DNA of 64,000 nucleotides from a virus (Duplodnaviria > Caudoviricetes): IMG/VR virus record IMGVR_UViG_3300035201_000245, positions 2,107-66,106 of that record. The stretch is one strand, 5' to 3'. The notes under the pieces were generated by a model, which saw nothing but the letters and a program-made list of their open reading frames with translations, searched no databases and was not told where the DNA came from. Within the stretch, counting starts at the first letter, position 1. Every line of letters starts with the position of its first letter. This document shows positions 38,839 to 47,230 of this stretch, piece after piece. Position numbers and translations under genes: made by a program.

Positions 38839-40257
38839 ATGGCATCTGCGGCATCCCCTACCATTTATAGAACAACTACTAATACTGACGGTACTAAAAC
38901 AAGAACCGCCTATAGGGTTAATGTTGACTATTCTACAGATACTCAAGGTAAACCTAAACAATTTGAAGTTCAACTACAAAATGATCTTGTTGCACAAGAT
39001 GCTGGAGTAACTGGCGGTGGTATTAATGCATCTTGGACCACAGGTGCAAAGTTAAACGAGGGTAATATATGGTCTAGAATGTATAGAGATGAAGATGATA
39101 CAACTAAAGGATGGGTAACTCCTGATAATGGTTGGGAAGAATTAACAGATAGAAAAGGAACTTTTAATTCACAAGTTATGGATGCTGGTGCTGATGCATT
39201 AGCAAAGCATTTTAATTCATCAAACTATGGTATGGACTTTGGATTTGCAACCAAAGCAGGTGCAAGACTTAATCTACAAAACGCTTTAGGTACAAATCAA
39301 GCTGGTACGGGTTCAGCACTAAGTGGTGATGGTGGTGCTAGAATGACCCCACGTTTAGAAGGTGCAGATTCAATTCCAGGCAATGCAAATACTCGCCCTA
39401 GTTACTCAAAAGAAATGCTGTATTATCCAGCAGCATTGAGAAATAATAAAGGTCAAGATAGATTAAAAATATCCGTCCTTAAATATGAGGCTAGAACAGC
39501 AGGTACAGGATTCACATTAGAAGATAGAAAAAGTTTTACAGAAAGAATTATTGGTACTTGTGTCTTACCTGTTCCTGGTGGAGTAGGAGATCAAAACTCA
39601 GTTAGTTGGGGTCCAGATAATATGGATCCAGCATCAATGGCAATAGCTGGTGCAACTTTTGACGCTCTCCAAGCAGAAAACCCTGCAGAAGCAGCAAAAA
39701 AATCAATAGAAGATATGAAAACAGGTCTAAGTGGAGCAACACAAGAGGTTAAAGCAGCATTAGCAGGAATACTTGCAAAGGAAGCAACTGGTGTTACTGG
39801 TAACATCCTAACAAGAAGAACTGGTGCAATTGTAAACCCAAATATGGAATTACTTTTTAATGCTCCAGCTCTAAGACCATTTTCATTTACCTATAAATTA
39901 AGTCCTAGAAGTAGAGAAGAAAGTGTAATGGTGAGAAAGATAATTAGAATGTTTAAACAATCAATGGCAGTACAAAGATCACAAAGTCAACTCTTTTTAA
40001 AATCACCCAACACATATAAACTACAGTGGTTAACTGGATTTAGTAGACAAAAAGAACATGATTATCTACCAAGAATAAAAGAAGTTGCACTACAAACTTT
40101 CAATGTTAACTACACACCTGATGGTAACTATGCAACATATGAAGATACTTCTATGGTTTCTTATGAAATTCAGTTTGGGTTCTCAGAACTAGAACCAATA
40201 TACAATGATGATTATACTAAACTTGATAAAAATTCAGACGAATCTATAGGTTACTAA
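38839..40257 (+). CDS. gp48: Baseplate tail-tube cap gp48
   Basis: NPNMELLF..P.LR.FSF..KL.PRS..E...I..FK...VNYTPDG...F.ELEP. Confidence 0.85.
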   Translation: MASAASPTIYRTTTNTDGTKTRTAYRVNVDYSTDTQGKPKQFEVQLQNDLVAQDAGVTGGGINASWTTGAKLNEGNIWSRMYRDEDDTTKGWVTPDNGWEELTDRKGTFNSQVMDAGADALAKHFNSSNYGMDFGFATKAGARLNLQNALGTNQAGTGSALSGDGGARMTPRLEGADSIPGNANTRPSYSKEMLYYPAALRNNKGQDRLKISVLKYEARTAGTGFTLEDRKSFTERIIGTCVLPVPGGVGDQNSVSWGPDNMDPASMAIAGATFDALQAENPAEAAKKSIEDMKTGLSGATQEVKAALAGILAKEATGVTGNILTRRTGAIVNPNMELLFNAPALRPFSFTYKLSPRSREESVMVRKIIRMFKQSMAVQRSQSQLFLKSPNTYKLQWLTGFSRQKEHDYLPRIKEVALQTFNVNYTPDGNYATYEDTSMVSYEIQFGFSELEPIYNDDYTKLDKNSDESIGY

Positions 40258-40258
40258 A

Positions 40259-40930
40259 ATGGCAAATCAATACTTTAGAAATCTTCCAGATATTGATTAC
40301 GTTAATCGTACCAAAGACGGTCAATTTATTTCTAACTACACTCAAGTAAAGAACTTTTTTAAAAGAGGTAAATTAAGAGAAGATATCTTCCAAGACTTAA
40401 CTGTTTTTCAAAAATATAATGTCAAAGGCGATGATCGTCCAGATAATGTTGCGAATGAAATCTATCAAGATCCCCGTTTAGATTGGGTTGTTCTCCTATC
40501 TAATAATATTGTTAACGTCTACAACGAATGGCCATTATCTCAACAAGCATTTGATACTTATATATTAGATAAGTATGGTTCTGTTGAGAAATTAAATGAA
40601 GTACATCACTACGAATCAAATGAAGTTAAGGATACTCAAGAGGTTATATTGTTTCCTAGAGGAGTTCAAGTTAGTGTTGCACAAAGTATAAGTTACTATG
40701 AACATATGACAGACGAATCAAAAACTGTTAACCCAATCTCAAGAGCAGTTACTAATTTACAATATGAAGAAGATATAAACAATAAAAAGAGACGTATATT
40801 TTTACTTAAACCATCATATCTAAGTGTTGTATTTGATGACCTAGAAGAAATGATGGCATATAAAGAAGGTTCCACTCAGTATGTGAATGGAACCTTGAAA
40901 CGTGCAGATAATACTAGATTGTATAATTAA
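40259..40930 (+). CDS. gp53: Baseplate wedge gp53
   Basis: YF..LP...DRPDNVA..IY.D..LDWVVLL.NNI.N...EWP...VHHYE. Confidence 0.9.
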   Translation: MANQYFRNLPDIDYVNRTKDGQFISNYTQVKNFFKRGKLREDIFQDLTVFQKYNVKGDDRPDNVANEIYQDPRLDWVVLLSNNIVNVYNEWPLSQQAFDTYILDKYGSVEKLNEVHHYESNEVKDTQEVILFPRGVQVSVAQSISYYEHMTDESKTVNPISRAVTNLQYEEDINNKKRRIFLLKPSYLSVVFDDLEEMMAYKEGSTQYVNGTLKRADNTRLYN

Positions 40931-41823
40931 CTCTCTGCTAACTTTTGGAAGTAACTTAGAGCATCATCTTCATCCTCATCTTTAGAGGATACTGCTTGAG
41001 TCACTGTCCTTTCTGCTGTAGCATAAGAACCACGACCTTCACTCTCATCCTCTAGTTCCTCATCTACACGACGAGTAGCAGGACGACCTTGACCTAACAC
41101 ATACTTCAGACGTTTCTCAAGTTCATCATATGTCTTGAACTGATCTGGAGCAGTTACTGCTGTGAGTGAATACTCTTTCTTCCATAATGCTTCTAATGCA
41201 TCATCATCGTCAAGAAGTGGTGATACTTTATCAAATTCTGAACTATCATAGTTCCAGAATCCTGCTACCTTCTTGATCTTCAACTTGAAGTTTGCACCTT
41301 GCCAGAAGTCAAAGGGATTGATTGCCTCTTCATCTTCAAACTCAGGTTGCATTGCTTCCATAACCTTATCAAAGATCTTCTTACCGTACTTAAACAGAAA
41401 TACTCCACCCTCATTCTGAGGATTAGTTGGATCCTTAACAACATAGATGTTGCTGTAGTAGGACAACTTACGCTTCTGCTTGCGAACAGTATCCTTATCT
41501 GCTTCATTACCACTGTTCCATAAGGTACGGTTGTAATCAGAGACAGGATCTTTGCCACCAGTTGTGGTCAAAGAGTTCTCTATGTACCACCCACCAGGTC
41601 CTTGGAACGCATGGGAGTACAACTTTGCCCAGGGAATTTCTTCTCCATCTGGTGCAGGTAAGAATCGGACAACGGCATAACCGTTTCCTGTTTTATCTAG
41701 TTCTGGTTTCCAGAGGCGGTCATCTCCACCTCCACCAGCATTATTTGTTTTCTCTACTTCTTTAACTAACTTAGCGGTCAACGAACCAAGCGATGACTGC
41801 TTCTTTAGACTTGCGAAAGACAT
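40927..41823 (-). CDS. gp32: Single-stranded DNA-binding protein gp32
   Basis: DDRLWKPELDKTGNGYAVVRFLP...HAFQGPGGWYIENSLTT, acidic tail. Confidence 0.95.
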   Translation of the reverse strand: MSFASLKKQSSLGSLTAKLVKEVEKTNNAGGGGDDRLWKPELDKTGNGYAVVRFLPAPDGEEIPWAKLYSHAFQGPGGWYIENSLTTTGGKDPVSDYNRTLWNSGNEADKDTVRKQKRKLSYYSNIYVVKDPTNPQNEGGVFLFKYGKKIFDKVMEAMQPEFEDEEAINPFDFWQGANFKLKIKKVAGFWNYDSSEFDKVSPLLDDDDALEALWKKEYSLTAVTAPDQFKTYDELEKRLKYVLGQGRPATRRVDEELEDESEGRGSYATAERTVTQAVSSKDEDEDDALSYFQKLAES

Positions 41824-41869
41824 TCGGATTACCTCGGATTAAATTGGATTTGGCTTGTGGTACTTTGTT

Positions 41870-41898
41870 ATTTTAGGATTAATTTTAGGAGATGTCAA
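41870..41898 (-). promoter_or_regulatory. Sigma70-type promoter of gp32
   Basis: TTGACA-17nt-TAAAAT. Confidence 0.8.
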
Positions 41899-42217
41899 GC
41901 TGTTGTTTCATCATACCAATCATATCTGCCATCTGTCTCCAGATGATATTCATATCAACATTTTGAGGAAGACCCATCATTGCAGCAGACTCAGTGATTT
42001 CTTTTTTCATCCTCTTAGCTTCAGGATCCTCAGATAAACTCAACCTAGCGTACATAATTTTTTGTTTATCAATAAGTTTCTCCAAAAGTTCAATATGATA
42101 TGCCTTATCAGCATTATTCATATAAGGAAATTTCATGACTTGCTCATAAATTTCCTCTTGAAGTTCTTGGATTTCGGCCATTTCTGACCGAACTATATCT
42201 GAGTTAAAGAAACTCAT
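41885..42217 (-). CDS. Conserved cyanophage/cyanobacterial protein (DUF1825-like)
   Basis: MSFF.S.IVR.E...L..KQKI.YARLSLS.DPEA. Confidence 0.7.
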   Translation of the reverse strand: MSFFNSDIVRSEMAEIQELQEEIYEQVMKFPYMNNADKAYHIELLEKLIDKQKIMYARLSLSEDPEAKRMKKEITESAAMMGLPQNVDMNIIWRQMADMIGMMKQQLDIS

Positions 42218-42414
42218 TCGCCTCCTTCATTCTCCACTACTTCAACAGAACCTGTTTCAGCAGGTACTTCTTCCTTACTCTCTTCAATCTGCTCTAGTAC
42301 ATCAATTGCACCAAGCAGTTTCATACGAGTAACAGAAAGACTTTCATACTGTTCATTAACTGTTTTCAATTGTTCTTTTAAATTACCAAGAACTTCACTG
42401 TTTTCAAGAGCCAT
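42214..42414 (-). CDS. Hypothetical coiled-coil protein
   Basis: ORF coupled to both neighbours. Confidence 0.65.
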   Translation of the reverse strand: MALENSEVLGNLKEQLKTVNEQYESLSVTRMKLLGAIDVLEQIEESKEEVPAETGSVEVVENEGGE

Positions 42415-43000
42415 GGATGACTACCTCCTTCAAGATTTTTTTATAACGGAATACATCAATATTTATGAAGGGTGAATATTTTCTCACTCTTCTACTGACG
42501 GTTTCCCACACTGGGTCTTTTAACTTCTTATCGAAGTTTTTAGTGTACCCAAGTATTCTATCATAGATTACCAAAGTTTCCAAGTTTATATTCCCACCCA
42601 AGAATTTCTTCAATACTATAGGATGACCTTTACTACAATCAAATACATCATCAATCTTATTATCTGTAAATAATTTCTCACAATCTTCTTTAAACATATA
42701 AGATAATGACTGCAATTTCTTCTGCCAATCCTGATACCTACCTTCACCATCCTTTATCATCTCTCCAATCCATAAGGATTCTGGGTCCGTACAAGATGTA
42801 AAGTTAGCAACAAAAAAATCTTCTATTTCTTTATCACTTTTCTGTCGTGCAAATTTTTCAAACCAAAATCTATCTTTACGTTTATAAAAGGCCTCATTCG
42901 TTGCCCTAACCTTACCTCTATACTTTATATAATCATACTTATCCTTAGTGAAGTGATTCTTCATCGCAAGGTAACATCTATAAGCATCAGCTGGCATCAT
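42404..43000 (-). CDS. gp59: Helicase loader gp59
   Basis: Y..YLAMKNHFT.DKYDY.KY.G...FYKRKDRFWFEK; start MMPADAY. Confidence 0.85.
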   Translation of the reverse strand: MMPADAYRCYLAMKNHFTKDKYDYIKYRGKVRATNEAFYKRKDRFWFEKFARQKSDKEIEDFFVANFTSCTDPESLWIGEMIKDGEGRYQDWQKKLQSLSYMFKEDCEKLFTDNKIDDVFDCSKGHPIVLKKFLGGNINLETLVIYDRILGYTKNFDKKLKDPVWETVSRRVRKYSPFINIDVFRYKKILKEVVIHGS

Positions 43001-43190
43001 CTTCCTCTTCTTCACACTCTAACGTGGATATTGAATCAACAGGAACCTCTGCTCCTCCTATACGATACCAAGGAACATCTTCTCCTGTTTTATAACTAGG
43101 ACGCTCACCAAGGTATTCTAGATCAGGAAAACTATGTTCTTCTAATATCGCTTGAAGTTTGCGATGCATTAATTCACCTGTAAGATTCAT
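42987..43190 (-). CDS. Hypothetical protein
   Basis: ORF track, operon context. Confidence 0.6.
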   Translation of the reverse strand: MNLTGELMHRKLQAILEEHSFPDLEYLGERPSYKTGEDVPWYRIGGAEVPVDSISTLECEEEEDDAS

Positions 43191-43193
43191 TAT

Positions 43194-43245
43194 AAAAAAA
43201 GTAATAGGGTGATTTTTTTGGCGGGATTTTTTTCGCCCTTTTTTG
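43194..43245 (-). terminator. Long-stem hairpin/terminator, copy 2 (see 25145..25196)
   Basis: Minus strand: AAAAAAGGGCGAAAAAAATCCCGCCAAAAAAATCACCCTATTACTTTTTT. Confidence 0.6.
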
Positions 43246-43248
43246 AAA

Positions 43249-43506
43249 TTAAAAAACCAATTTAGCCCGTGAAGTTCTCTTTAAAAAGTTTAACTCTTGT
43301 GCTTCGTATTTAATTTTTTCTTTAAGGGGTTTGGATATAAGTTTAGGAACGGATTCTAAATCAATAGAATTAATTTCGCAGAATGAAACTATCGCATCAA
43401 TATAGTTCATGCCCTCATGAGTTTGCACCATGCTCTCAATCTCTTGTGCAAACCTTGCAGGACAAAAGAACTTGTCTTCAAATGCCTTTTCTAGTTCATT
43501 CTCCAT
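43249..43506 (-). CDS. gp33: Late transcription coactivator gp33
   Basis: F..EIE.......YIDAIV.FCE.N.I..ESVPKLISKPLKEKIK.EA..LNFLK. Confidence 0.85.
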   Translation of the reverse strand: MENELEKAFEDKFFCPARFAQEIESMVQTHEGMNYIDAIVSFCEINSIDLESVPKLISKPLKEKIKYEAQELNFLKRTSRAKLVF

Positions 43507-44179
43507 GCTTTGACCCAGTATTGTAAGATACAAATTCTTTTATATAACGTACTAATAATTTAATATAATCCCCTTTGTTCCTTTTGTCAAATACTTTGAC
43601 CTCTCCACCAGGTGTAACCATAATGGTGATCAGTTTTTTCACAGGAATTTCAGTGAGTTCATAGTACGCTGCTGCATAAAACATCTCCTGAACGAAATAG
43701 TTTTCCAACCACTTCTCAGGTTTAATTTTTTCTGATGTCTTAAAATCTATCACCGCTAGTTCGCCATCATACTCAGCGATACAATCAACTCTACCTGCAA
43801 GACCGTAGTATTCTGAGTAAAGAGTCCTTTCTATAGCGTGTATGTTATTTATCTTGTCCAGATATGGAGTAGCATGATGGAACATAAACTTAGTAGCAGG
43901 AAGGTAATCCTCCCACACCAAATTTCTATTCTCCAAATATGCCTGAGCAGCTTCATGAAAATCTGTTCCACGGGCAGTCGCCTTCCTTGTAATACGGTTT
44001 GCTTCTTCTATACCAATTCTCTTTCTCCAATCAGCAAAGATCTGTCTATTATAAAAAGATGTTACTGATGTAATGGATGGAACCCATCGACCATCTGGGA
44101 GATTATATAATCGAATCCCATTCTTTTCTTTCTTTTCTAATTCTAAATCACCTAAATGATTTTCATGGATAAAATTCAT
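43496..44179 (-). CDS. PD-(D/E)XK / Cas4-like exonuclease
   Basis: PSITSV...RGT.FH...AGRVDCIAEYDGELAVIDFKTS. Confidence 0.85.
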   Translation of the reverse strand: MNFIHENHLGDLELEKKEKNGIRLYNLPDGRWVPSITSVTSFYNRQIFADWRKRIGIEEANRITRKATARGTDFHEAAQAYLENRNLVWEDYLPATKFMFHHATPYLDKINNIHAIERTLYSEYYGLAGRVDCIAEYDGELAVIDFKTSEKIKPEKWLENYFVQEMFYAAAYYELTEIPVKKLITIMVTPGGEVKVFDKRNKGDYIKLLVRYIKEFVSYNTGSKHGE

Positions 44180-44889
44180 TAAAATCCCCTCACTGTTCCA
44201 AGATTAGATTTCTTCTTTTTAGTTTTCCCAAATAGAAAACTTACAGGACATTTACTTTCACTAGTTGTTCTAGTAAATAATTTTCCTTTCCAATTTTTAT
44301 CACTCCAACCTTGCTTCTGCTTCTTTGCATACCTAGTTTTAATTTTCTCAATCACTTTAGAGTTCTTCTCTTCCTTAAGAAGAACCCCATCATCCAAATC
44401 ATCTGTTGGATAAAAACGTATGTTGCAAACAGGATCACCCCTCTTAATAATGACTGGTTTAGTCTCATCAACTATAGTCATTGCAAGACTAGATGCTCTT
44501 GACCAATTAGATAAATTAAACCAACCACCAACAGCAATAAAATTATTATTCAATGCTGTCATAGGATGAGCATCAAATTCAAACCAAACGTTATCTGCTT
44601 CTGTCCAAAATAAAAACATAGGAGACTTCAATTGAAGGACTGGATTAGGTGCAGAAAAATAATCATCATTATATTCCAATAACTCTTGGTTATCACACCT
44701 AACAGTAATTCCCTCCGAAGTTCTATCAACCTTTGCTTCAAAATCAATGGGAGAATGTGCTACAAATATCCTGTTATTCTTATGATGAACAACAGGACAT
44801 TGTGAATAGATATACTGCTCATCAAGTCTTTGTTTAACAAGACAGTCACCAGGAGTATCAACTCCAAAATAATGTATCTTTGTGGACAT
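44179..44889 (-). CDS. Hypothetical protein (possible dUTPase-like beta fold)
   Basis: CP at both termini; IIKRGDPVCNIRFYP motif. Confidence 0.6.
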   Translation of the reverse strand: MSTKIHYFGVDTPGDCLVKQRLDEQYIYSQCPVVHHKNNRIFVAHSPIDFEAKVDRTSEGITVRCDNQELLEYNDDYFSAPNPVLQLKSPMFLFWTEADNVWFEFDAHPMTALNNNFIAVGGWFNLSNWSRASSLAMTIVDETKPVIIKRGDPVCNIRFYPTDDLDDGVLLKEEKNSKVIEKIKTRYAKKQKQGWSDKNWKGKLFTRTTSESKCPVSFLFGKTKKKKSNLGTVRGF

Positions 44890-45641
44890 TACATACCCAT
44901 TTCTAACTTGGTAAGAATGTATTCTTTAACTAATCCTGAACGAACAATATCTTCTATTCCAAACTCAACAATATCAACTGACGACATGTTGCGAAGAATT
45001 TTCATAAAGTCTATGATACCATTCCTCTCATTAGTTTTAACCAAATCCGATTGAGTAGCATCACCACAGAACATAATCTTAGAACTCTCACCAACTCTAG
45101 TCATTATACTATCAAGTTCGTGAAAATTCAAGTTCTGGAATTCATCAACGATAATAATTGCTTTATCAAATGTTGTACCACGAATGAAACTGGTAGACCA
45201 GAACCCAATAGTATCCTGTGCTTTTAGATTACCATACAACATCTCAAAGTCGGCCTCTGTAGGCATCTCAAACATATACTTTACCATATTCTTATATGGT
45301 ATCTGGTATAAGAAAGACTTGTCCTCATGATCTCCTGGTAGGAAACCAATCTCCCTTGTAGAAACAAGAGACCTGACGATATAGATCTTTTCGTAGGGTG
45401 TCTCTGGATCTAAAACATCTTTAAGAGCATTATAAAGAGTAATAAAAGTCTTACCTGTACCAGCAACACCATATGCTATGAGATTTTTATCTTCCTCATA
45501 TGCATTATAAAGAAGTCTCTGGTTATCTGTGAGGGGTTCAATGTCCCTCATCATATCTGTATTAATAGGTTTCTTTCTCTTCATCTGCTTCGCGGTCATC
45601 CCGACCCCTATTGGTTGATCTGATTTCTTCTTTCTAGGCAT
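44889..45641 (-). CDS. phoH: PhoH-like ATPase
   Basis: GVAGTGKT Walker A, REIGFLPG, RGTTF, IVDEFQN, GDATQSD. Confidence 0.95.
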   Translation of the reverse strand: MPRKKKSDQPIGVGMTAKQMKRKKPINTDMMRDIEPLTDNQRLLYNAYEEDKNLIAYGVAGTGKTFITLYNALKDVLDPETPYEKIYIVRSLVSTREIGFLPGDHEDKSFLYQIPYKNMVKYMFEMPTEADFEMLYGNLKAQDTIGFWSTSFIRGTTFDKAIIIVDEFQNLNFHELDSIMTRVGESSKIMFCGDATQSDLVKTNERNGIIDFMKILRNMSSVDIVEFGIEDIVRSGLVKEYILTKLEMGM

Positions 45642-45643
45642 AC

Positions 45644-45895
45644 TTAAAAACTGTAGTCACGGTTTTTACGAACATTAGCACCAGGTTGTTTAGATGCTCT
45701 GTCTAAAACTTCATTCCAACCACTGGAATTGGCTTCACCAGTCCACCTAAATTCATTTGACGCGGTAGCACATCCTTTTGACCAATCCTTATCCCAATCT
45801 GGATTATCTTCTTTCCATTGTGCATATTCTTTCATAGTCATAGAGAGTTCTTTCTCCTCTCCAGTCTCTTTATTTTTTACAGGATATGTGGGCAT
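45644..45895 (-). CDS. Conserved cyanophage protein (FmdB-like N-terminus MPTYP)
   Basis: MPTYPVKNKETGE...W..DNPDW; late promoter TAAATA upstream. Confidence 0.65.
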   Translation of the reverse strand: MPTYPVKNKETGEEKELSMTMKEYAQWKEDNPDWDKDWSKGCATASNEFRWTGEANSSGWNEVLDRASKQPGANVRKNRDYSF

Positions 45896-45918
45896 AGTAA
45901 GATAATGTGTAGTTTTAT

Positions 45919-46554
45919 TTAGACCCAAGCAAGGGCTTCAGAGACTGCAGGGAACTGTTCAGTGAATACATCTCTACATTGCTCTGCAATGTCCTTATGT
46001 TCTTTTTGTGTTCCGTGTGCAGAACGTAAATTTATATAATGAATCCAAGAACGACAAGAACCAGTCATATAGATTCGTGTAGGAGTAGAAAGAGGAAGTA
46101 CAAACCTTGCACATTCCTTTGCAATACCATCATCAAGCATCTTATTATAAAGATCCATAGAAGATTTAAAATGTTCTTCCATTAATATATCATACTTCTG
46201 AACAATATAAGGATCTACATCATCAGTAGAGTTCTGACGATTCTTAGTGTCTTGTCTTCTTAATTTAGGAAGAGGAATCTTTTCACTTAATAAATTAGCA
46301 TCAGCATATCTCTGAGAGAATTCTTGATAAGTAAATGATCTATGACGTAATATCTGTGCAGCAAGTCCTCTGGTAGTATTAATCTCCAGCGTCATATATG
46401 CTTGCTCAAATACACTCCAATGCCCATGCTTAATACAGTAACTTAATAGACCAGCAAACTTATCGTTATTCTGGTTCTTTGGATTAGAAACTCTAGCAAC
46501 ATATGCCATTGTCTTTTCAGCATCTGGAGTTACACTAATCAATTTAACTGTCAT
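45919..46554 (-). CDS. thyX: Flavin-dependent thymidylate synthase
   Basis: HWSVFEQ, QILRHRSFTYQEFSQRY, ECARFVLP; start MTVKLIS. Confidence 0.95.
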   Translation of the reverse strand: MTVKLISVTPDAEKTMAYVARVSNPKNQNNDKFAGLLSYCIKHGHWSVFEQAYMTLEINTTRGLAAQILRHRSFTYQEFSQRYADANLLSEKIPLPKLRRQDTKNRQNSTDDVDPYIVQKYDILMEEHFKSSMDLYNKMLDDGIAKECARFVLPLSTPTRIYMTGSCRSWIHYINLRSAHGTQKEHKDIAEQCRDVFTEQFPAVSEALAWV

Positions 46555-46702
46555 CGTCTTCGAAAACCTCATCATAATCTGGTGATGGTGAAGAGAAATC
46601 AGAACCCGTATATGCATCTGGATCAGAATAAACTTCCGATTCCAGTTCATCTACAATCTCTTTAAGAGCTCTAACTAAAACTTTTAGTTTTGCTTTGTTC
46701 AT
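46544..46702 (-). CDS. Conserved cyanophage hypothetical protein
   Basis: MNKAKLKVLV..LKEIVDELESEVYSD..AY. Confidence 0.7.
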   Translation of the reverse strand: MNKAKLKVLVRALKEIVDELESEVYSDPDAYTGSDFSSPSPDYDEVFEDDDS

Positions 46703-46721
46703 TACTTTCTCTTTCTCACTA

Positions 46722-46761
46722 ATTATAATACAAAAAAAGAGTAGGGTCAATCCCTACTCTT
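46722..46761 (-). terminator. Intrinsic terminator whose loop/3' arm overlaps a sigma70 promoter
   Basis: AGAGTAGGG-loop-CCCTACTCT+TTTTTT; TTGACC-17nt-TATAAT at 46750..46722. Confidence 0.8.
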
Positions 46762-46786
46762 GTAAACGTATATGTAAGTCAGTTAC

Positions 46787-46915
46787 TTACCTTGCACATA
46801 CAGTTTTTTCCTCTGTATGCTTGATGCCTCTGTATGTGAGTTCAGAGACTTGCTTCTGACAAGTTTGCTTGTCATTGGTGTTGTATGTAACACCACGGTA
46901 GGTTACTTGTGCCAT
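46787..46915 (-). CDS. DUF4278-like small protein (42 aa)
   Basis: Manual translation MAQVTYRGVTYNTNDKQTCQKQVSELTYRGIKHTEEKTVCAR; duplicated (L/V)TYRG(V/I) motif; AGGAG SD. Confidence 0.8.
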   Translation of the reverse strand: MAQVTYRGVTYNTNDKQTCQKQVSELTYRGIKHTEEKTVCAR

Positions 46916-46948
46916 GTTGATACTCCTAAAGTAGTTGGATTTTTAGGC

Positions 46949-47125
46949 CCGTTCCTTTAGTCGTTTGCGTCCCAACACCCAGCTTCTGTAGAGTTTTTAA
47001 CAACTCTAATCAACTCAACCTTCTGTTCTTGAGAAACATTTCTCTTGTTGAATTTCTCTACGAGAGATTCAGCATCAGAGCAAGAAAGAGTTGATGCTAG
47101 AAGGAAAGGTATCATGGGATGAACG
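46949..47125 (-). ncRNA. Glutamine-II (Downstream-peptide)-like aptamer 2, with an ORF inserted in its P2 loop
   Basis: CGTTCA TCCCA-[ORF]-TGGGA CGCA AACGACTAAA GGAACG. Confidence 0.6.
46957..47115 (-). CDS. 52-aa small protein nested in the riboswitch-like RNA
   Basis: MIPFLLASTLSCSDAESLVEKFNKRNVSQEQKVELIRVVKNSTEAGCWDAND; GGAG about 10 nt upstream. Confidence 0.65.
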   Translation of the reverse strand: MIPFLLASTLSCSDAESLVEKFNKRNVSQEQKVELIRVVKNSTEAGCWDAND

Positions 47126-47128
47126 CTC

Positions 47129-47166
47129 CGTTCCGCGACTTACTTGCGGCCCCGAAGGGCTGAACG
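47129..47166 (-). ncRNA. Glutamine-II (Downstream-peptide)-like aptamer 1
   Basis: CGTTCA GCCC-TTCG-GGGC CGCA AGTAAGTCGC GGAACG: P1 CGTTC/GAACG, P2 with cUUCGg loop, CGCA core. Confidence 0.7.
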
Positions 47167-47191
47167 ATTGTGTTAATAATAACACAGTTAT

Positions 47192-47227
47192 ATTATATAT
47201 GCAACCAATACTGTAGTCTTTGATACA
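47192..47227 (-). promoter_or_regulatory. NtcA box over the -35 region of a sigma70 promoter
   Basis: TGTA-GTCTTTGA-TACA (GTA-N8-TAC) at 47212..47227; TATAAT at 47197..47192. Confidence 0.7.
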
Positions 47228-47230
47228 ATT

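Noticed and set aside
43496-44179. Cas4-like nuclease suggesting CRISPR
   Set aside because: No repeat-spacer array or other cas genes seen; this is the standard exonuclease beside phoH and gp33 in T4-like cyanophages
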